This document shows positions 58,133 to 64,000 of a DNA stretch of 64,000 bases, piece by piece. The stretch lies in the NCBI RefSeq assembly GCF_009914755.1, contig NC_060926.1. One strand, 5' to 3'. The translations under genes were made by a program, and so were the position numbers. Source of the stretch: the human T2T-CHM13v2.0 reference genome, Homo sapiens. The notes beneath the pieces were generated by a model. The model worked only from the letters and a program-made list of their open reading frames with translations, was not told the DNA's origin and made no database searches. Every line of letters starts with the position of its first letter. Positions within the stretch are counted from its first letter, which is position 1.

Positions 58133-61100
58133 GAGGAGCAGAACAAGATGGCATAATGGAAGGCTCCACTGATTGTCCCCCCACCCCTGCCCGCCCTTGC
58201 CTGCAGAGACATCAATTTAACAACTATCTACCAAAGTCACCTTTATAAGAACCAAAAATCAGGTGTGCACTCACAGTACCCGGTTTTAACTTCATATTGC
58301 TGAAAGAGACACTGAAGACTAGGAAAAACAGTCTTTAATCACTGATACAACCCCTCCCCTGTCTCCTGGCAGCAGCCACATGCTGTGGAGAACATTTCTG
58401 TGCACTGGTTATAGGGAGAGTGCAGCAACTGTGAGACATTGAATTTAGTGCTCCCTATTATAATGGAAAACACAACTGAACCAAACTCAGCTGATGCCCA
58501 CCCACAGAGGGAGCATTTAAACCTCCTCTAGCCAGAGGGGAATCTCTGATCCCAGGAGTCCAAATGTGGTTCCCACAAGCCTTGCAGTAAAGTGCTCTTG
58601 CTAACAGAATAAACTTGAAAGGCAATCGAGGCCACAAAGACTGCAACTCTTATGCAAGTCCTTGTGCTGAATGGGGCCCAGAGACAGAGAACTTGGTGGG
58701 GAGGGAGTCAGGGGACACATGATTCACTGGGAGACTAGCCAGGCAGGCTAAAAGAGTGCTGGTATTACTCCTCCCCTAACCTCAGGCTATACAGCTGACA
58801 GGTTCAAAGAGACCCCTTCCATCCACTAAACAGTGAGGAGGACTTTATCTTATATCCTGGGTTCCAGTACAGCCACAGCAGGATAGGACACTGGTCAGAG
58901 TCCTTAGGCTCATTTTCCAGGCTCTGGCTCCTAGATAACATTTCCAAACACATACTTGGCTAGAAGGGGACCTGGGCCTTGAAAGGATGATCCCAGCCTT
59001 GAAAGGATGATCCCAGTTCTGGTAGGATTCATTACCTGCTAACTGAAAAGCCCTTGGGCCCTGAATAACCAGGACCAATAACAAAGTATTACATTGAAGG
59101 CCTTGAGTGAGACTCTGAGACTCGCTGGTTTCAGGTGAGACTCAGCACATTCCCAGCTACAGGGTGAGGCTTCTTTCACTTGACAAAAGCAGAGGTAAAA
59201 GTAAAGGTGACTTTGTCTTGCACTTTAGGTGCCATCCAGCTCAGCCCCAGTGGGGATAAAGCACCAAGCAGGCTCTTGGGGTTTCCGATTCTAAGACTTG
59301 ACTCTTGGACAGCATTTCTGGACCTGTCCTGAGTCAGAGGGAGCCCACTTCCCTAAAGTGTGAATCCCAGGCCAAGCAGCATTCACCACAAGATGACTGA
59401 AGAGCCCTTGGGTTAAGAAACATTGACTGTGCTCTGGCAGTACTCCCCCTGGGCCTGTGGTGGTGGTGGACATGGCATGAGGCTCCTTTGCCTTTGGAAA
59501 GGAGAAAGAAGAGTGGGAAAAACTGCATTTTATGGTTTCACTGTCAGCCCAGCCTCAGTACAATAGAATACCACATATACTTCTAAGATTTTTGAATTTA
59601 GTTTCTTACTCCAAGTCAGCAACTCTGGACCCACCCAGGGCCTAAGGGAGCTTGTAACTATGAAATGAAGAAATTCAAGGCTGGCTGGCTTTGTCACCTG
59701 TAGATTGTAGAGCCCTAAGTTTTTGAATGAAAGTAGGCCATAGCCAGGGAGTGGTTATGGCAGGTGTTTTGTGAGACCCAATGCTGTGCTGACTTAGGTC
59801 GAACCCAGCACAGGCCTAGTGTTGATGCCTGCAGTGTTTCTTTAGTCACTTCACCTCCAACCCAGGTGGCTCAAAACAGTTTCTTCAGGAGAAGGTATGG
59901 GGAGAGAACAAAGAGTCTCTTTCTGGTAACCCAGAGAATTCTTCTGGGTCTTGTCCAAGACTATCAAGGCTGTACTTCTACAAGTCTGAAAGAACCACAG
60001 TGTTACTGTGTTTTAGGTGCCCCTTAAAGCAGATACAGCTTAGATTACAACGCTCAAGTTGTATTAAATATCTGGAAAGGTTCCCAAAAAGGGCAGGTAC
60101 AACCAAGCCCAAGTGGAGAAAACTACAATAAATACCTAACTTTTCAATGCCCAGAAACAAATGAATGTCTACAAGTGTCAAGACCATGCAGGAAGACAAA
60201 ATGTCACCAAATAAACTAAATGCATCAGGGACAAATCCTGGAGAAACAGATATATGTGATCTTTCAGACAGAGAATTCCAAATAACTGTGTTGAGGAAAC
60301 TCAAAGAAATTTAAGGCAACATGAAGAAGGAATTTAAAATTTTATCAGATATTTTAATAAGAGATTAAAATAATTTGAAAGAATCAAGCAGAATTCTAGA
60401 GTTAAAAATGCAATGACATGATGAAGAATGCATCAGAGTCTCTCAACAGCAGAATTAATCAAACAGGAGAAAGAATGTGTGGGCTTGAAGACAGGCTACT
60501 TGAAAATATACAGTCAGAGGAGACAAAAAAAGAATAAAAAGCAATGAAACATGCCTACAGGATCTAGAAAATTGCCTCAAAAGGGCAAATCTAAATTACT
60601 GGCCTTAAAGAGGAGGTACAGAAAGAGAAAGGGATAGAAAGTTTATTCAACGGGATAATATCAGAGAACTTCCCAAACCTAGAGAAAGATACCAACATTG
60701 AAGTACAAGAAGGTTATAGACTGCCAAACAGGTATAACCCAAGTAAGCCTACCTCAAGGCATTCAATAATCAAACTCTCAGAGTTCAAAGATTTAAAAAA
60801 AGATTCTAAAAGCAGCAAGATGAAAGAAACAAATAACATGCAATTTAGCTGCAATATGTCTAGCACCAGACTTTTCAGTGAAAACTTCGTAGGCCAAGAG
60901 AGTGGTCCACAAAGACATATTTAAGGGAATGAAGAAAAACAAAAACAAAAAAACAAAACTTACTTTACAATAGTATATCTGTGAAAATATGCTTCAAACA
61001 TGAAGGAAGAATAAAGACTTTCCCAGACAAACAAAATATGGCAGATTTCATCAACATCAGATCTAACTTACAAGAAATGCTAAAGGGAGTATTTAAACCA

Positions 61101-61552
61101 GAAAGAAAAGGATGTTAATAAACAACAAGAAATTATCTGAGGGTACAAAACTCACCAGTAATAGTAACTACACAAAAAACCCCACAGAATGTTATGACTG
61201 TAATTGTGAGGTATGAACAAACAACTCTTATCTAAGTAGAAGACTAAGCAATGATCCAACCAAAAATGATAAACAGGCCAGGCACAGTGGCTCACACCTG
61301 TAATCCCAGCACTTTGGGAGGCTGAGATGGGCAGATTACAAGGTCAAGAGATCAAGACCATCCTGGCCAACATGGTGAAACCCCATCTCTACTAAAAATA
61401 CAAAAAATTAGCTGGGCGTGGTGGCGTGCACCTGTAGTCCCAGCTACTTGGGAGGCTGAGGCAGGAGAATAACTTGAACCTAGGGGCAGAGGTTGCAGTA
61501 AGCCGAGATCATGCCACCACACTCCAATCTGGTGACAGAGCAAGACTCCATC

Positions 61553-61593
<41 letters not shown>

Positions 61594-64000
61594 TACAGCA
61601 ACTTTTCAAGAGACAGAGAGTACAATAAGATTTATTATAAATAGAAATTTTTAAAAAACAGTTAAAATTGGGGGAGGAAGTTAAGTGTTAAGTTCTTATC
61701 AACTTAAAATAATGAGTAACCTCAAACCAAAAAATGTATAAAGGATATGCAAAAAAGAAATGGTAAGAGACAATCATATTACCAGAGAAACTCAACTGCA
61801 TTAAAAGGAAGGCAAGAAGGAAAGAAAGAAGGTAGCATAAAACAACCAGAGAACAAATAACAAAATGGCAAGAGTAAGTTTTTACTTATCAATAATAACA
61901 TTGAATGTAAATGGACTAAATTCTCCAGTCAAAAGATACAGAGTAGCTGAATGCAAATGATAAAACAAGATCAAATATCTTGTTGCCTACAGGAAACACA
62001 ATTCACCTACAAGGACACACATAGACTAAAAATAAAGGGATCGAAAAATATATCCCATGTCAACGGAAGCCAAAAAGGAGCAGCAGTCACTATACTTACA
62101 TAAGACAAAATAGATTTCTAGGCAAAAACTGTAAGAAGTGACAAAGAAGGTCACTATAAAGGGGACAGTTTAGCAAGATGATATAAAAATTTTACATATA
62201 TATACACACTGGAGCACCCAGATGTATGAAGCAAATATTATTAGAGCTAAAGAGAGGTAGCTCACAATAGAATAATAGCTGGAGATTTCAACACATCACT
62301 TTCAGCATTGGACAGATCTTTCAGATGGAAAGTCAACAAAGAAACATCAGACTTAATCTGAACACTATAGACCAAATTGACCTCATAGATATTTACAGAA
62401 CATTTCATCCAAATACTGCAGAATACGCATTTTTTTCCCTCAGCACATGGATCATTCTCAGGGGTAGACCATATGATAGGTCACAAAACAAGTCTGAAAA
62501 AATTCCAAAAAAATTAAAATAACAAGCATATTACTGACCACAATGGAATAAAACTAAAAATCAATACGGAATTTTGGAAACTATACAGACTCATAGAAAT
62601 TAAGCAATATTCTCCTGAATGACCAGTGGGTCAATAAAGAAATTAAGAAGGAAATCTAAAATTTTCTTGAAGCAAATGATAATGGAAACACAGCACATCA
62701 AAACTAATGGAATACAGCAAAAGCAGTACTAAGAAGGAAGTTTATAGCTCTATGTGCCTACATCAAAAATGAAGAAAAACTCAAGATAAACAACCTAACA
62801 ATGCATCTTAAATAATTAGGAAAGCAAGAGGAAACCAAACCCAAAATTAGTGAAGAAAAGAAATAATAACTATCAAAGAAGAAGTAAATAAAATTGAAGA
62901 AAACAATACAAAAAATCAATGAAACAAAAAGTTGGTTTTCTGAAAAGTTAAACTAAACTGACAAACCTTTAGCCAGGCTAAATAAGAAAAAAAGAGAGGA
63001 TCCAAATAAATAAAATCAGAAATGAGAAAGGAGACATTATAACTTACACTGCAGAAATTCAAAGGATCATTATTGGCTACTATGAGCAGCAATATTCCAA
63101 TAATTTGGAAAATCTAGAAGAAATGAATAAATTTCTAGACATATATTACCTGCCAATATTGAATCTTAACGAAATCTAAAACCTGAACAGAACAATAACA
63201 AGCAATGAGATCAAAACTGTAATAAAAGTCTCTCAGTAAAGGAGAGCTCGGGACTTGATGGCTCCACTGATGAATTCTACAAAACATTTAAAGAATAACT
63301 AATACCAATCCTTCTGAAACTGTTCTGAAGAGTAGAGGAGAAGAAAATACTTCCAAACTTATTCTATGAGTTCAGTATTACCTGGATAACATAATCAGAT
63401 AAAAACATATTAAAAAAGAGAAAACTGCAGGCTAATATCTCTGATGAACATTGATGCAAAATCTTCAACAAAATTATAGCAAATTGAATTTAATACTACA
63501 TTAAGAAAATTATTCATCAAGACCAAGTGGGATTTACCCCAGGGATGCAAGGATGGTTCAATGTACAAAAATCAATCAATGTACTGCATAATATCAACAA
63601 AATGAAGGACAAATACCATATGATTACCTCAATTGATACTGAAAAAGCATTTGATAAAATTCAACATCTCTTCCTGTTTAAAAAAACTCAAAAACCTAGG
63701 AATAAAATGAATATACCTCAAAATAATAAAAGCCATATATAACAGATCAACAGGTAGTGTCACACTGAATGGGGAAATTCCTCTAAGATCTGGAATACGA
63801 CAAGGATGCCCACTGTTATTCAGCATAGTATTGAAAGTCCCAGCTACAGCAATCAGACAAGAGAAACAAATAAAGGGTATCCAAATTCAAAAAGAAGAAG
63901 TGAAATTATCCTTGTTTGCAGATAATTTGACCTTATATTTCTAAAAACGTACACTCCACCAAAAAACGATTAGAACTGATAAACAAATTCAGTAAAGTTG
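58133..64000 (+). mobile_element. Long L1MA-type element from its 5' end (about 2-kb 5'UTR, ORF1 ~60190-61120, ORF2 from ~61865), running off the window; inactivated
   Basis: gaggagcagaacaagatggc start; RT peptide [23 protein letters not shown]...[11 protein letters not shown]; many stops and frameshifts. Confidence 0.93.
61276..61592 (+). mobile_element. AluSc with an (AAT)n tail, in the L1 inter-ORF region
   Basis: aggtcaagagatcaagaccatcctggccaac, ctggtgacagag; about 12 AAT units. Confidence 0.9.

Noticed and set aside
58133-64000. Potentially active full-length L1
   Set aside because: ORF1 and ORF2 are broken by many stops and frameshifts, an Alu is inserted, and the RT motif reads FADN.

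Overview
This is AT-rich primate (very probably human) non-coding DNA made mostly of interspersed repeats. It holds many L1s of several ages (L1ME/MC, three L1MA-type copies with long 5'UTRs, L1PA15/16, L1PA8-like, L1PA2), Alus (J, S, Y, Ya5, FLAM), solo LTRs (MLT1, MER31, MER39, LTR1-like, MER52), DNA transposons (MER85, MER58, MER53), L2/MIR/CR1 relics and microsatellites. I recognise no intact protein-coding gene: the listed ORFs are repeat fragments or chance ORFs, and there are only a few weak splice-site-flanked exon candidates. I found no evidence of a novel biological system. The most notable signals are structural: (1) a three-junction, microhomology-bounded double inversion at 2.6-4.8 kb; (2) a 36-bp templated insertion copied from 2.8 kb away in the same L1; (3) a consensus-like AluYa5 nested in an AluJ; (4) a twin-primed L1PA2; (5) a MER85 with a remodelled palindrome and a damaged TIR. 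Subfamily names come from my memory of the consensus sequences, and boundaries of old elements are approximate.
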